From NCBI RefSeq assembly GCF_009914755.1, contig NC_060933.1: 64,000 nt of DNA, one strand, 5' to 3'. This DNA is from the human T2T-CHM13v2.0 reference genome, Homo sapiens. Below are positions 30,740 through 45,480 of the stretch, one piece after another (position 1 is the first letter of the stretch; each line of letters opens with the position of its first letter). The translations under genes were made by a program, and so were the position numbers. The notes below the pieces were generated by a model. That model was not told the origin of the DNA. It ran no database searches and saw only the letters and a program-made list of their open reading frames with translations.

Positions 30740-31005
30740 ATCAGTGTAACAGTTTACACCTTGTTTCCTAATGCCTCTAACCCTGGCCTTCTTGTGACTA
30801 ATGGGGTCTCTCTGCTTCCACCTTTGCTCCCCCTCAGTCTGTTTTCTCTGTAGCTACCAGAAGGACCATTTATGAGCTTAGGTTACAAACTTACAGGTAT
30901 AGAGTAAGTTCTGGGGATCTAATGTACAACATGGTGACAATAGTTAATAATGCTGAAATAATACTGTTTACTTGAAATTTGCTAATAGATCTTAAGTATC
31001 CTTAC

Positions 31006-31041
<36 letters not shown>

Positions 31042-31795
31042 CACTCACTCAGATAACTAAGTGTGGTGATGGACGTGTTAATTAACTTGGTTGTGGTAAT
31101 CATTTCATAGTGTATATGGATATCAAGTAATGAAGTTTTGCACCTTGAATGTATATAATCTTTTTTGGCAATTATACTTCTGTAAAGCTGGACGGAAACT
31201 ACAACAACAAAAAACCTAAGTTAGAGTGTGTCATTCCTTTGCTCTAAACCTTGTAAGGTCCTGTGCTTTACTTAGAAGCCAAAATGGTATCAATGGCTTG
31301 CTTATTTTTCATTGCTTCTTTGGCCTCACCTCCCACTACTCTCCCCTCCTTCCCTATGTTTGGGCCACTCTAGCTTCTTGCCATTTCTTGAATATGCCAA
31401 GCATGCTTTTGCCTTAGATGCCTTTGTACTGACCATTCCTTCTACCCAGAAAGCTTTTTACCTAGTGTATCTGTATAGCTCTCTTTCTTGTCTTCCTTCG
31501 GCCTGTGCTCAGATCTCACCTTGTCCATGAAGCTTGCTTACTTCCCACTCCTATGTTATTTGGGCTCACTGTGTCTCTCCCTTGCATGCTCTACTTTTTT
31601 CCCCCATAGCACCTATTGCAGTCAAACATTTCTATCTTAGTATATGGAACATTTATTATTATATTTCAGTTCCATGAGGATGAGAATCTTTGTCTCCTTT
31701 AATCATTAGTGTATTTTAAGCAGCTAGAATAGTACTTGGCACAAAACAGTCACTCAAAAAGTATTTGTCGAATATGAATAAAAATATGAATGAAT
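30740..31795 (+). mobile_element. L2 3' region interrupted by an L1M 3' end (~30880-31215) that contains (CA)15 at ~31008-31038
   Basis: L2-like end (tagtacttggcacaaaacagtcactcaaaaagtatttgtcgaat); L1 end (aagttctggggatctaatgtacaacatggtgac). Confidence 0.65.
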
Positions 31796-32133
31796 TAATA
31801 TCAGGTTGAAGGTCTATTTTACATTTTAAGTTTTGAAGTTATAAAGGTGATCATGGAATCTCTTTCTAAATTACAGCAGCTCTTTGGGTAGCATCCATAA
31901 GGAGTCACCAGAAAGATTGACCTCCAGTGGAACAGATGTACAATCTTTCATGGATCATAGAAATGCCATCTTGATTGCCTCTATCATTAGGGACATTTAT
32001 TTCCTATTTCTGCTTTCTACTATCAACTAAAATTGAAGCACTACAGTTGCTCCTGTCTCATTTCTTTTCAGGTAGAAATTCTTATAGTAGGATGTGTGTG
32101 GGGAAATCTTTTTCTGCTTTGAACCCATGTAGT

Positions 32134-32504
32134 CTTCCTTCCTTCCTTCCTTCCTTCCTTGCTTCCTTCCTTCCTTCCTTCCTTCCTTTCTTCCTTCCTT
32201 TCTTTTTCTGCATCTTTTCTTTTCTTGGCAGGATCTCACTCTGTTGGTTGGGCTGGAGTGCAGTGGTGCAGTCATGGCTCACTGCAGTCTCAACCTTCTG
32301 GGCTCAAGTGATCCTCCCACCTCAGCTCCCAAGTAGCTGGGACTACAGCACATGCCATCATGCTTGGCTAAATTTTGTATTTTTTATAGAGATGGGATTT
32401 CACCATGTTGCCCAGGCTGGTCTCCAACTGCTGAGTTTAAGCAATCCTCCCACCCCAGCCTCCCAAAGTGCTGCGATTATAGGTGTAAGCTACTGTGCCC
32501 AGCC
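32134..32504 (-). mobile_element. AluJ-like with tail converted to (CTTC)n
   Basis: (CTTC)n at 32134-32200 followed by Alu reverse complement. Confidence 0.9.
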
Positions 32505-33750
32505 CCATGTAGTATTTTTGCTGTGAGTATTTCTTCTAATAGTTTCACTTATGCCTGAGGGTGTCAGCAAACATCAAGAATGTGACTTTTTCTTCTTAGG
32601 ATTCATGAAAGAAAGTCTTCCTTGTGGCTCAGTCTTGAATTTTTTTAGGGTGGTTGACTTTCATGTTCACTGAGACTCCAACTTTCTTCAGCTTTCCTTG
32701 AGGAAATAATTTGTAATACTCTAGAGGTGTTCTTTTCCTTTTTACTTAGAGAGGCTGAAGGATCCCAGGAAATAAAAGCAGTAGCATTTGATTCCTTTGG
32801 GCATGTATGTGTCACCCAGGAATTGGGCAGTCTCAGGGAGTGCTCTTGGGAAAATCAAGACAACAAATTGGATTTTTCCTCCCCCCTTTCCTGCTTTACT
32901 TCTTTCATAAAGGAATATTGCCTACACCTAGTATCCTCTTGAGAATTTTTAATTGTTCTTGTGAACCTTGTAGCTGGTATCTTTTTAACTAGAGTCTCAT
33001 GGGTGGTTGAGGAGCTGAGGATGGCTGTAGGAGCAGTACACCGTTTCCTCTGTTGTCATTTGCAGATTTTTTCTCTCTGGCTTCCCTTATCTCCTAATTC
33101 ACTGAGGTTTACAAACCAAACTTGCCGCACTTCATTATACTTATAGTTTCAGTTTATGAAATCCAAGGGAGTAGCTTTACTGAGTACTCAACATTTTGTA
33201 ATGAGGTCATTAATATATGCCAATGTACATTTTTTGACTTTTCTTAATGCAAAGAATGCTTGTAAATGTCAGAATATTTTGTTTCAGGCATAGCTACTTT
33301 GGTTACGATTTGATAACAATAGAAACTCATTTCTATTTTGCTTCATCTATTCAGAGTATGTTAAAGGTAGTTGATAGTTGGAATAAAGTGAGACTATGCC
33401 ATTTAACTTTATGCTAATCACTACTCATTTCCAACCATCTTTTGTAGTCTTCTTGTTCTCTTCTCTTTGGATTTTCTGCCTTCTTTTTATTTATCCACTT
33501 TCTCCCTTCCTTACTTTACAGTTATATCTCAACTTCATAGACTTTCCTAGAAATGGAGTGTTATCATTCATCCCAAAGTTTAAAAACATACTATTATTCT
33601 CCTTCTCTTTCCTACTTTTTCTGGAGACGTGAATTTTAAATGACGGAACTGAAACAATTCATTGTGTTTCATCTTGTTATCCTTATTTCTCTTTAAGTTT
33701 TAAATTGTTTGTAGAGAGTATAGTATTGTATAAAGAAAACATTCAGATAA

Positions 33751-34158
<408 letters not shown>

Positions 34159-36213
34159 TAAAATAGTTCCACACTTTCATACTAATGATTGCACAGAAAT
34201 GTTGAAAACACATAGTAATGCTGGAAATCAAATAAATATTCACCCTCCCTTGGGGAGAGTATATATAATACGTAGTCAATAGAACTGGAATGAAAGTACA
34301 ATCAGCTTCCCTTTGACTTATCCTATGACAGTAGACAGACATTTTGTTCTCCTGCCACGGTATCCTCCCTCTTTTGGAAATGGAGGGTCTGTACCAACTA
34401 GAAAATTGGGAAGCTATCTTTCTACTGTGTAGGTGCTGCTTTCTGAGGCAATAAGAGTATTCTCCCCATCTTTCTTTCAACTCCCATACCATCTCCGTGT
34501 AACTCCCAGAATACAGCTAGCCAGGAATGACCCACGGATTGGAGGTAAAGTTCTGAGAAGTCTCCTTTGTATTATCTCTAGGAATCAAGACAAAAAAAAA
34601 ACATTGGTAGCAGTTCATACTAGAGATAAAATTTTCCCTATAGTCTATCTAACTATATGTGCCAGAAGTCCAGGGAGTAGATTGGGAGATGATACCACCT
34701 AAGTTCAGGGATTGCTGCTTGCTGAAAAATATAATAGGAACTGTGTACACTCATGTAGCTTCAGATATTGATCTTAGAGGGAGTTTTATCACCATGTAAT
34801 TGATTCAGAGTAGAACTTTGGAGAATTTATACATACAGTCTTTTTTCAAACTTTCTAAATATTGTTAGGGTTTTACTCTTTTTTTTCATTTAAAAATTAA
34901 GGAAAACTAAATAGAATTTGTGAAAAACTAAGCACCACAAAACGAGGGGAAAGGAACAGTACCTGGTACATTTAGAACAGAGTGGTGAAATGATTCACCA
35001 TGGAAATTGGAATAAAATTTAGAAGCTATTTGGCATCCACAGTAGGCTACAAAAAGAAATGACCTTTTTCAAATGGGATTAATAAGGAAAGAATAGGCTG
35101 AAATAGAAAAAGGTTAATTCTCCTCCTACTCCGAAAAAACCCAGTAAGATTAACAGGTAAAAGAATGACATAAGGAAGGAGTCTAAGGAAACTAAAAATA
35201 GGATAGTAGATTAAAATTGTGAGTAGCTATGACAGAATTGACATTAGAAAATCTACAGTCTACAATTAACATTTTAGATTGGTGATTTGGAGGACAAAAT
35301 GTAGAAAAAAGAACACAGATAAAATGCAGAGGAAAAGAACAAAGAATTAAAACAGATAAGGAAAGAAAAACAGAGGGAAAAGATGATAATATGGAGTACC
35401 AATGAAAAGATTGTACGTCTTTCTAAGGCAAAAACTAGAGTAAATGAAACAAATGTAATAATTGAAGACATAATTCAAAAATACTTGTTTGAGATAAAAA
35501 AGATTGTAGCATGCCAGATGAGATCACTGCTTTACAGGGAAAAATAATCAAATAACACCTGCATTTAAATATATTTTTGAAATTTTTAAAACTATAAGAA
35601 TAAAGGAAAAATGTGTTACCTATAAGAGCAGAAATATGTATAATGAACATGTTTTTTCTTACTCCCAAGAGAAACCTCAGTAAAGTTTACTTCAAAAAAG
35701 ATAAGATCCTCCTATGATCTTTCTTCCTTCAAATTCATCCAGTAATTAATTGCATATCTTTTTTTATGAAAAATTTCAAATATGTACAAAAGGAGGCAGA
35801 ATAGTGTAACAAAATCTGTTGCCCTCATCACTCAGATCAACATTTATCAACTTAAGAACCAATTTTGTTTCATCTACTTCCCCTCTGCTGTATTATATTG
35901 AAAGCATATCCCAGCTATTTCTGTATTATATATCTGTATAATACAGATATCTGCTGTATTATATTGAAAACATGAAAATATGTTTAATTGTATTCATAAA
36001 TATTTAACTTTGACTCTAAAAAATGAAGTCTTTTAAAAATATAAATATAAGATCATTATAATATGTAAAAAGTTAAAAATTTCTTAGTGTCATAAATTTC
36101 AAAGTTTCTTGTATATCTCATATAATATCAGTTAGTTTAAATTAGTATGCAGAGAAGGTCTAGATATTATGGTTGGCTGATTTTAAAAAATCTGTAGGTT
36201 CCTCTCCTCTTCT

Positions 36214-36813
<600 letters not shown>

Positions 36814-36971
36814 TTCTGTCTCTTTTTATCATTTTTGTTTGAAATTTATTTGTTAAAAAACTGTTTCATTTGTTCTAGGAGTTTCACAGCCTGCATTTTT
36901 CTGATTGCATCCCATTGTATAGTTTAACATGTTTTTTTGTTCTGTAGATTTTCTCCCAATTGGTAATGGAA

Positions 36972-37160
36972 TCTGCAGTAATGGAAATGCTCTGTATCTG
37001 TTGTTCTAGTATAGTAGACTCTAGCCACATGTGGCTATTAAGTGCTTTTAATATTACTATCATGACTAAGGAATTGAAAATTTAATTTTAACTAATTTAA
37101 ATATGAATACGAATAATCACTGTTAAATAAATTTTACTATCCACAGATTGGAAAGTACAG
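36972..37160. mobile_element. MER3-like hAT-Charlie MITE
   Basis: aatggaaatgctctgtatctg...tagccacatgtggctattaagtgc (palindromic core). Confidence 0.7.
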
Positions 37161-37889
37161 AATTGAAGGCTTGATTAAGGCTTGGCCTCTGATTTTCTTT
37201 AAAATTGTATATTTTTAAAAATTCACTTTAAATTCTTCATCTTGTACACTTCTTTTTTGAGTTCTATAAGTCTTTGACCTATATCAGTTTGAATTTTCAA
37301 TTTTTGTTTCTCAATTCATATCCTGTTTAACACTATCATATTTGTTATGATAGGTTTAATTACATTTTGCCTTTACTAGGCTTGTTCTTATTATTTCTCT
37401 TTAGGAGAAATTGTAGACTTTTTTTCCATTTTAGTGATAGAATATTAAGAATTATAAATATAAGAAGTAACTGTGAAGATCAAGTGTGCATTATAAGATA
37501 AGAACATGTAAAGCTAGAGTTTGATTGGGTAGTCAGAACCACTATAGTATTTTTGAATAAGGAATTTGTTGTAAGAATTAGACCTTATGCAATTGTGGGA
37601 GGAGCTGGGAAAGTAAGGTCAGATAAACCCATTGTAAGTCGAGGAGCATATTGAATGTGTATTGCTTTGGCACTATTGTAAAGTTGAGAAATCTTAAGTT
37701 GAATCATTGTAAGTTGAGGCTGTCTGTACTCTGTACTTAGTCCTTCTTTTTCTATCTGGTCACATGTAACTGGTATTTTTAACTTCCTTTACTACCCATA
37801 CCCTATTGCTTTGCTGTCAGCAAGCATCTCAGCTGGATATGGTTCCATCTCTGGCGAGGTGGTCCACACCTGTATTCCAGGAGGGTCTA

Positions 37890-38225
37890 TTATCCGGGAG
37901 AGCTGTATGGTTCTAGTCTGAGTTTGAAGTCCTGAGAACTGGGAGAGCTGATGATGTAAGCTCTGGCAGGAGTCTGAGCCTGAAAGCAAGAGAAGATTGA
38001 TGTTGCAGCCCAAAGACAGCAAGGCAGAGAGAAAGCATTCTTTCTTACTCAGGGTTTTATTCTCTTCAGACCTTCAACAGATTGGATGAAGCCCACTCAA
38101 GTTAGGGAGGGCAATCTGCCAATTCAGATGTTAATCTCCCTTGCAGACATACCCAGAAATAGTGTTTAACCACATATTTGGGCACCCAATGACCCAGTCA
38201 GGCTGATAAAAAATTCACCATCACA
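37890..38225 (-). mobile_element. MLT2-type ERVL LTR fragment
   Basis: Minus strand begins TGTGATGGTGAATTTTTTATCAGCCTGACTGGG, like the MLT2 5' end. Confidence 0.75.
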
Positions 38226-38345
38226 TCCCCTTTTCTCCTTCCTCCTTGTCCCTGGTAACCTCCATTCTACTTTCTTTTCTATGAATTTGACCACTTTAGA
38301 TACCTTATATTAAGTGGAATCATACAGTGTTTGTGTTTTTGTGAT

Positions 38346-41150
38346 GAGAAACATAGTAAGACCAGTGAATCCTATGGAAACAATCTTATTTCCACACTTC
38401 ATTTGCTGTAAAATGCATTCTCTGATCAGAAGCAATGCCATTTGGAATACATGATGGTGAATTAAAGTATTTTGTGTACACATGGATGGTAGTTTGGTCA
38501 GAAACGTTATGGTTAGGGAAGGAAAATCCGTATTCAGAGTAAGTGTCTATCTTAGTAAGAATAAAGCATTGCCCATTCCATGATGAAAGTTACTCAGTGT
38601 GATCAACCTGCCACCAAGTTGCTATCTCATCCTCCCAGAGAATGGTGTCATATCATGGTCTCAGTGTTTGTTTTTGCTATTGGTGAATTTGGCACTCAAC
38701 AGGAGTTGTAACCCAATCAGCCTTGGTGAATGGAAGTTCATATTGCTGAGCCTGTGTATTACCTCTGTCCTTGCTGCTATGACTCTTTTGTTCAATTTTG
38801 TAAAGACAAAGATGGCTAGGAAAAAACATTGGTTGATATCCATAGAATACTTCATTTTGCCCTCCTGATTATTAAGATCCTTGTCTACTGAAGTTGATCT
38901 GGGCACAGTGCCCATTTGAAGAAGTCTGTCCACATATTCTTCCCCAGACAACCTTGTTACCAATTTTCTATTCACATTCTTTCCAAGTACCTAACCATTC
39001 AGCCAAACAGTTAGACACCACACATGAATTGGTGTATATTTGTATATTTGGTCTTCTCTCATTCTAGGAAGAATGATAGTCACATCCACTACTTGACGTT
39101 CTGCTTACTGGAAGGATTCTTTTTACCACTGTTCTCCCGAGCCAGCCTTGAGTGGGGCTGTAGTGCTGCTGCAGCTGCCTATTTTTGAATCATGTCACCA
39201 TAACATACAGAACCATCTATAAACCAAGCCCATTTTTTTTTTTTCTATTTGTGAGCTGGTCATAGAGAACTCTCCATGCATCCAAGGTGTGGGTTAAGAG
39301 AGAGAAAGCAATGTAACAGGAATAGGGCCCGTGGGAATCTGGACTACTTGCTCATACAACTTATTTGTGCCTTCGGGACTTTTATGCCACTTTCATTTGA
39401 TGATAGAGTGCTCTTGTGTATGCCAAAATTTATGGATTGGTGGATCACACAGTAACCGTTTCATGATGGGCACCCTCTAGTCACATGGTGAATTGTTGGC
39501 CATGTATTCAGTATCTGCTGAGGACCAGTAGCAAGTCCAAAGCCCATTTTCAAAAGGAGAATAGTTATCTGTAGTGGATGGCTTACTTTGCTTCTAACTC
39601 CTAAAAGTTTACACTATGATCCACTCATAAGGACCTGTGAAATGCTATATACATCTTGAATTTGAGTAGTTGCTACTTTCTGTTCATCAGGTGCATTCAG
39701 AATGATGCCATCAATTTAGTAGAGAATGAAGTGGAGCATGTGAGATCTTTGGTAATGGAGAGTTGATTAAGATTTCTACATACTAGATTGTGATAGAGAG
39801 CCAGAGTTGATATAGCTCTGTGGTAGGGCGGCAACAAAGGTACATTGCTGGTCCTGCTAGATGAAAAAAACTGGTTTTGGTGGTCTTTACTAAGGGGGTA
39901 GAATGAATAGCTTCATTCCAATTGCCAGAAAATGTGTTGATTTGTTTCACAATGAAACTGCATATTTAATTGCAGCAGCAATTGGAGTCATATTGATTAA
40001 TTCACTGTCATTCTGTAAGATCCATCTGTATTCTGCAGCGGCTGAGTTAGGTGAGTTGAATGCTGATGTGGTAGGAATCACCATGCCTTTATCTTTCAAT
40101 CCTTTAAAAGGCAGTAATCTCTACAGTCTTGCCAGGAGTGTGGCATTACTTTCAATTTGTGTTTTGGTAGGTAAAAGTTCCAGTGATTTCCTCTTGGCTT
40201 TTCCACTTGATTTTCCTCTGTAATATCCCTCACTCTATAGGTCAGGTAACCACTGTGGACACTGTGCCAGTTGCTGCATCTGTCCTTTCTAAATATGTGT
40301 TCCAAACTCGGAGAATAACTATGGGGTGGGTTCAGGTACCTACTGGACCGACTAGAGAGAGGCCTCAGCTAAAACTCAGTTAGTTACCTGACCTCTGTAA
40401 GCTCCTACCCTGACTACAGAAACCACAGTAGCACATTTTATGTCTCCCTGAATTAATGGCAGTTCAGATCCAGTGTCCAGTTATCCCTGATAAGTGTAGT
40501 TAATTCCTCTCCCCCGGTACAGTTACCCTGTTAGATGGTTGCATGTTTCTTTGAGGAAGGTTAGGAGGAAGATTTACGGTATTTTTTGGCACTATGTCAG
40601 GATTGCTAACAGAGACCCATCGTCTTTATTCACAGGTCCCTAGGTCTGTGAATTAGCTCAAGTCTGAGAAGTATTTGAGGACTAATTCTTCCTTTTTTGT
40701 TTACTTAAGTCCTGCTTGTGGTAATCAGAGCTAGGACTTTTCTACTTATGCAAACCAAATGAGACTTAACTATGCTGCCCATTTATTTTGGTTCTAGGAA
40801 CACCATGATCAGTTAGCCAATGTCAGTGATCTCTGTAGGTCAAACCATTTTGTTTATTGCTTTGACTCCACTACCCATTATGTTAAACATGTCCACTTTG
40901 TCTCTGGAAGTTAATTGCTACCATTTGGTCTCTTGTTACCCAAGATCCAATCACTTGCACTAAATTCAGGGAACCCATTTTGATGGCACCAGTGTTTGCT
41001 GTTAATCTTTGCCTTCTAGCCACATGGAGCTTATCAAGCTACACAGAACTCATCAACGAAGCAGGGACTTCCGTTACTAATATATTTCTCAAGCTTTGGT
41101 AAAGGAAGTGTTTTTTGAATTCTCCCAAGAGACGTAGTTAGAGAGTGAGA
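38346..41150 (-). mobile_element. Degenerate ERVL internal gag-pro-pol remnant
   Basis: Minus-strand motifs in retroviral order: protease LDTGSELPLI (~40451-40480), integrase ATWWQVDH (~38600-38620) and IPNGIASDQRMHFTANEVW (~38390-38450); many stops. Confidence 0.8.
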
Positions 41151-42455
41151 AGGACTTACATAATAAATACTTTCCATATGTTAGAAAAGTTATGAACCAT
41201 TTTTCCTAAACACTCTAGAATAGGCACTAATGTTTGCAAGATAATGAAAGATGTTTATTTATAAACTTAGTGATTAAGACAATATACAGTGTTGTGGTCT
41301 GAGTTCAAAAAAAGTCTAACTGCCAATAAAATGTTTGTATTAGTGCTTTTAAAATGAAAACAGAATTTTCTTAGTTATCAATACATTATATATTAAATGT
41401 TTGGATTTTATCAGGTGAAAACAAAACTCATTTGAACATTATTTCCTGTTTTCTACTACAAGATAAAAAATCAACACTAAACAACAGAGTTCAGTTCAAA
41501 ACATGAACGTGACTACTCATATTCTATATTGATAGCTGTATAAAAAAAGCTCTGTCTTTTGTCTGTATTCTCCCTCCATTATTTCTTACTAATTCTCCCT
41601 TCTTGGGATCTTGTAGAAAAATGAAGTAGGTAACAAGGTGGTTAAGAAGATGGAGAAGATAGACTCCATTCATGAAAAGTTACTGTTTTTTTCTGTAGAA
41701 CTATGGATTACTGAAATAATGATGTCAGCTTGAAAAACAATGATTTATATGAGTTATGAAAAATTATTTAGTTTTTGAGATTGTCTAAAAGGAAACGTGT
41801 AAATAGAGGGCTTGGAACCTTTTTTCTACTCCACCTCCTCCTGTGGGCTACTAATTCAAGAAAAGATTTGCCAAAGTACAGCCAGAGTTGAAACCTACTT
41901 AAAAGTGAGAGGGAGAGATCGAAACAGGGTATGGTGAGTGAAAGTAACCCACATATTTGGGCACCCAGTGACCCAGTCAGGTTGACAAAAAATTCACCAT
42001 CACATCCCCTTTTCTCCTTCCCCCTTGTCCCTGGTAACCTCCATTCTACTTTTTTTCTATGAATTTGACCACTTTAGATACCTTATATTAAGCACAAGTA
42101 TAGACAGAGGGAGAGAGAAGCTCAGGATTTTGAGTTGATGTTATTCAAGTATAAAGTGTTCCTGATATATTCTATTCTTCATTTGGAATTTCACTTTTGA
42201 AAAGCTAATTATGATCACTGTTCAGATCTTTTTTGCTACTCTTTGTGAGTTTTTAAACCTTTCTTTGATAGGATAGCTTTTATAGTTCATTGTTTTTCGG
42301 GCCATACTGCAGTGATTAAAAGATTATTAGGTTAAGTCAAATCACTCAATAAGGTCCTCGGTTTAGGGTGACCCTTTTTTTTTTATTTGTAAGCATTTTG
42401 TCAGGTTAAGGGACCAGTAAGTGTTTCTTTTTTATAATAAATTTGGGTGGGATAT

Positions 42456-42831
42456 TGTCTTAGTTCCTTTTGTGCTGCTATAACAGAATGCCTGAGACTG
42501 GGTAATTAATAAAGAAAGGAGATTTATTTCTTACAGTTCTGGAGGCTGGGAAATCCAAGATTGAGGGGCCAACATCTGGTGAGGGCCCTTATGTTACATC
42601 ATCTCATGGTAGAAGATGAAAGGGCAAGAGAGAGCAAGAGTTGGGGAGAACTGACTTTTATAACAAACCTACTTCTAAGATAATAAACCCATTCCTGTGA
42701 TGACATTAATTCATTCATGAGAGTAAAGCCCTCATAACCCAGTAACCTCTCAAAGATTCCACTTCTCAACACTGCATTGGGGATTAAGTTTCCAACACGT
42801 GAACTTTGGAGGACATATTCAAATCATAGCA
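42456..42831 (-). mobile_element. MaLR solo LTR (MST/MLT1A-like)
   Basis: tgtcttagttccttttgtgctgctataacagaat...ttcaaatcatagca; 5-bp TSD gatat (42451-42455) / gacat (45492-45496), the right copy displaced by the L1 insertion. Confidence 0.85.
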
Positions 42832-42832
42832 G

Positions 42833-45480
42833 CTGGAGGCTGAGCAAGATGGCTGAATAGAAGCCTCCAGTGATCATCACCCCCACAGGAATACCAAATT
42901 TAACAGTTACGTAGGCAAAAAAAACCACCTTCATAAGAACCAAAAATCAGATGAGCAGTCACAGTACCTGTTTTAAACTTCATATCACTGAAAGAGGCAT
43001 TGAAGAGGGTTGAAAGACAGTCTTGAATTGCTGACACCACCACTCTTCCATGCCCCAGCAGCGGCTATGTGGTGGGGGGAATCTGTGCACTTGGGGAAGG
43101 GAGAGCACAGTGATTGTGGGACTTTGCATTGAAGCTCAGTGATGCCCTGTCACAGTGGAAAGCAACACTGAGAATAAGCCAGTGCTCACGGAGGGAACAT
43201 TTAGACTAGTCCTAGCCAGAGGGGAATTGTCCATCCTAGCATTTGGAATTTGAGCTCTGACAAGCCTTGCCACTGTGGACTAAAGTGCTCAGGGTCCTAA
43301 ATAAACTTGAAAGACAATCTAGGCCACAAGGACTGCAACTCCTAGGCAAGTCCTAGTGCTGTGCTGGGCTCGGAGCCAGTGGACTTAGAGGGTATGTGAC
43401 CTAGTGAGACACCAGCGGGGGCAGCAAAGGGAGTGCTTGCAGTACCCCACCTCCAGATTCAGGCAGCACAGCTCACAGCTCTGAAAGAGACCCCTTCTTT
43501 CTGCTTAAGAGGTGAGGGAAGAGTAAAGAGAACCTTTTCTTGCAACTTGGATACCAGCTTAGCCACAGAAGGATAGAGTACAAGGCAGAGTCCTGAGACA
43601 CTCATTCCAGGCCTTAGCTCCCAGATGACATTTCTAGACACACCCTTGGCCAGAAGGGAATCTACTGCCTTGAAGTGAAGGACCCAATCCTGGCAGGATT
43701 CATCACCTACTGACTAAAGAGCCCCTGGGGCCTGAATAATCAGCAGCAATACCCGTGTAGTACACACGGACCTTTGGTGAGAATCTGAGATCTGCTGGTT
43801 TGAAGTGTGGCCCAGAACATTCACAGCTGTAGTGGCTACGGCAAGAGATTCTTTCTGCTTGAGAACAGCAGAGAGAAGAATAAAGGGGACTTTGTCTTGC
43901 AGCTAAGTTAGCTTGGCCACACCAAGTGGGTTCTTGGGGTCCTTGATTCCAGGCCTTGGCTCTTCGATGGCATTTCTGGACCTGCCCTTGGCCAAAGGGG
44001 AGTCTGCTGCCCTGAAGGATGATTCCCAGACCTGGCAGCATTCACCACAAGCTGACTGAAGAGCTCTTGGACCTTGAGTGAGCCTTGGCAGTAGCCTGGA
44101 AGTACTCCTGGTGGGCCTGTGGCAGTGGTGGCCAGGGGGAGAGACTCCTCTGCTATGGAAATGGGAGGGAAGAGTGGGAAGGACTTTGTCTTGTGCCAGT
44201 TCAGCCTCAGTAGAATAGAGTACCAGGTAGATTCCTAAGGTTTCCAACACCAGGCCTTGGCTTCTGGACAGCATCTCTGGATCTTCCCAGGACCTGGGGG
44301 AGCTTGCCATCTTGAGGAGAAGGACACAATCCTGGCTGGCTTCACTACCTGCTTATTGTAGAGCCCTAGGGCCTTGAGCAAACATAGGCAGTCGCCAGTT
44401 AATGGTTACAGCAGGTCTTGGGTGATACTCAGTGCTGTGCTGGCTTCAGGTTTGACCTAGTGCAGTCCTACTGGTGGTGGCCACAGGGGTGCTTGTGTCA
44501 CTTCTCCCCCAGTTTTAGCTCAGCACAGAGAGACTCTGTTTGGGAGAAAGTAAGAGAAGGCAACAAGAGTCTCTATGTAGTAATCTAGAGAATTCCTCTG
44601 AATTTTATCAAGACCACAAAGGTGGTGCCTCTGTGAGTCTGCAGGAGCCACAGTGTTACTGGGCTTGGGGTGCCCCCTAATGCAGATATAGCTGCAGTGG
44701 CCAAAAACTTAGATCACAACACCTAAAGACGTTTAAATACTGGGAAAGCCTTCTCGGGAAGGACAGGTACTAATAAGTCCAGACTGCATAGACTAAAATA
44801 AATAACTAACTCGTCAATGCCCAGACACTGAAGAACATCCGCAAGCATCAAAACCATCCCAGAAAACATGACTTCAGCAAACAAACTAAATAAGGGACCA
44901 GAAACCAACCCTGGAGATACAGAGATATATGACCTTTCAGATAGAGAATTCAAAACAACTGTTTTGAGGAAATTTAAAGAAATTTAATATAACACAGAGA
45001 AGTAATTCAAAATCCTATCAGATAAATTTAACAAAGAGACTGAAATAAAAAGAATCAAGCAGAAATTCTGTAGTTGAAAAATGCAGTTGACAATGAAGAA
45101 TGTGTCAAAGTCTCTTAACAGTAGAATTGATTAAGCAAAAGAAAGAATTAGTGAGCTTGAAGACAGGTATTCGAAAATACACAGTCAGAGGAGACAAAAG
45201 AAAACAGAATAAAAAAGAATGAAGCACTCCTACAGGATTTAGAAAATAGTCTCAAAAGGGGAAATCTAAGAGTTATTGGCCTTCAAGGCTGGCGGGGGGG
45301 TGGGGGGCGGGGCGGGGGAAAGAGAGAGAGAGAGAGAGAGAGAGGGAAAGTTTATTCAAATGGATAATAATAGGGGACTTTCCAAAGCTAGAGAAATATA
45401 TCATTATTCAAGTACAAGAAGGTTATAGAACACCAAGCAGATTTAACCCAAAGAAGACTCCCTCAAGGCATTTAATAATT
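42833..45480 (+). mobile_element. Old L1 (L1M/L1PB-type) complete 5'UTR plus partial ORF1, 3'-truncated
   Basis: Starts ggaggctgagcaagatggctgaatagaagcc; ORF1-like gacctttcagatagagaattcaaa...caagtacaagaaggttatagaacacca; no ORF2 and no poly(A). Confidence 0.85.
45294..45344 (+). repeat. G7-T-G6-C-G4-C-G5 G-quadruplex motif followed by (AG)12
   Basis: Read directly. Confidence 0.9.

Noticed and set aside
34230-35650. Possible degenerate LTR and old L1 ORF1-like purine-rich sequence
   Set aside because: Too diverged to assign family or boundaries by eye.
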